From an uncultured Actinomycetes bacterium (GTDB lineage: Bacteria; Actinomycetota; UBA4738; HRBIN12), in contig CAVZUW010000015.1 in assembly GCA_963778545.1 (NCBI GenBank), positions 115,825 through 179,824 of the forward strand: a stretch of 64,000 nucleotides of DNA, given 5' to 3'. A program made the position numbers and the translations under genes. The notes under the pieces were generated by a model, which did no database searches, was not told the origin of the DNA, and saw nothing but the letters and a program-made list of their open reading frames with translations. Shown piece by piece: positions 63,660 to 64,000 of this stretch. Each line of letters begins with the position of its first letter. Position 1 is the first letter of the stretch.

Positions 63660-64000
63660 TCAGCCCAGCATATCGCCGGGGTCGGCGACGACGGCTCTAC
63701 GCCTGCGGCGGGGTGTCCGGAGGCGGTGGCGCCGGCCGGTGGCCGTTGCCGTCGCCCGGCCGCCCGTTGCCTTCGGGCCCGAACCCCCGGCTCCGTCGCC
63801 GTCGCCGGCGGCCGGCACCTCGATCGGCTCGCGTTCGCCGAGCTCGGCCATGAGCACCTCGATCTCGTCGCCGACGAGCTCCTCGCGCTCGAGCAGCGCG
63901 TCGCGGACGCCCTCGACGACGTGGCGCTTCTTGAGCAGGAGGTTCCGGACGTTGTCCCGGCAGTCGTTCAGGATCGCGTCGATCTCCTTGCGGCGTTCGC
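63660..64000 (-). CDS. ftsH: 3' end of an FtsH-like AAA metalloprotease gene (partial; continues beyond the window)
   Basis: The translation ERRKEIDAILNDCRDNVRNLLLKKRHVVEGVRDALLEREELVGDEIEVLMAE resembles the FtsH C-terminal helical region. The tail after ...GAGGSGP reads more naturally in another frame (PEGNGRPGDGNGHRPAPPPPDTPPQA-stop near 63700), so the true stop is uncertain. Confidence 0.5.
   Translation of the reverse strand, partial: ERRKEIDAILNDCRDNVRNLLLKKRHVVEGVRDALLEREELVGDEIEVLMAELGEREPIEVPAAGDGDGAGGSGPKATGGRATATATGRRHRLRTPRRRRRAVVADPGDMLG
63667..63672 (-). promoter_or_regulatory. -10 hexamer TATGCT for a (near-)leaderless cysS transcript, inside the ftsH 3' end
   Basis: The plus strand reads agcata. 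It lies 9 nt from GTG 63657. Confidence 0.35.

Overview
This is a high-GC (about 70% by eye) chromosomal segment from an actinobacterium (Actinomycetota). It is mostly core housekeeping synteny, with one accessory-looking patch.

- **Left part (0-22.8 kb):** 5'-truncated sulfite-oxidase-like gene, class V PLP enzyme, chrA, uvrA, a cupredoxin lipoprotein, uvrC-rapZ-gap-pgk-tpiA, archaeal-type phosphoglycerate mutase (apgM), a 5-gene Opp/Dpp-type peptide ABC transporter, secG and tRNA-Leu(GAG).
- **Middle (22.8-38 kb):** an accessory patch 3' of the tRNA holding a secreted VWA-FN3-Cys-rich protein, membrane proteins and a PNPOx-like gene. It is followed by a HAD hydrolase, an ABC-F ATPase with a leader uORF, a secreted EEP phosphoesterase, an amidohydrolase, and a putative THF-dependent demethylation module (two DmdA/GcvT-like genes plus metV and metF).
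- **Right part (38-64 kb):** HtrA, a ThiS/TtuB-like domain fused to TtuA, trmI, then the Pup-proteasome region. Its order is mpa, dop, an inserted M50-TPR protease, pup ending in GGE, prcB, prcA, pafA, two inserted genes, and a fused pafBC. After that come two small ORFs, tatA, tatC, helY, a lipid kinase, an M24 peptidase, a di-iron protein, cysS and the 3' end of ftsH.

I saw no rRNA, CRISPR array, transposase or integrase.

The most notable observations are:
1. The carrier-enzyme fusion ThiS/TtuB-TtuA, coupled to trmI and next to the Pup system.
2. A RecA-NDp-like (PafBC-type) leaderless promoter at uvrA, and many other leaderless-type promoters.
3. 24 insertion-type frameshifts confined to ten genes in the first 35 kb.
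4. The DmdA-like x2 + MetVF module.
5. Lineage-specific insertions inside the pupylation locus.

All calls rest on reading the supplied translations and sequence by eye. No searches were run. Frameshift positions are approximate (about +/-5 nt), and family names come from remembered motifs.
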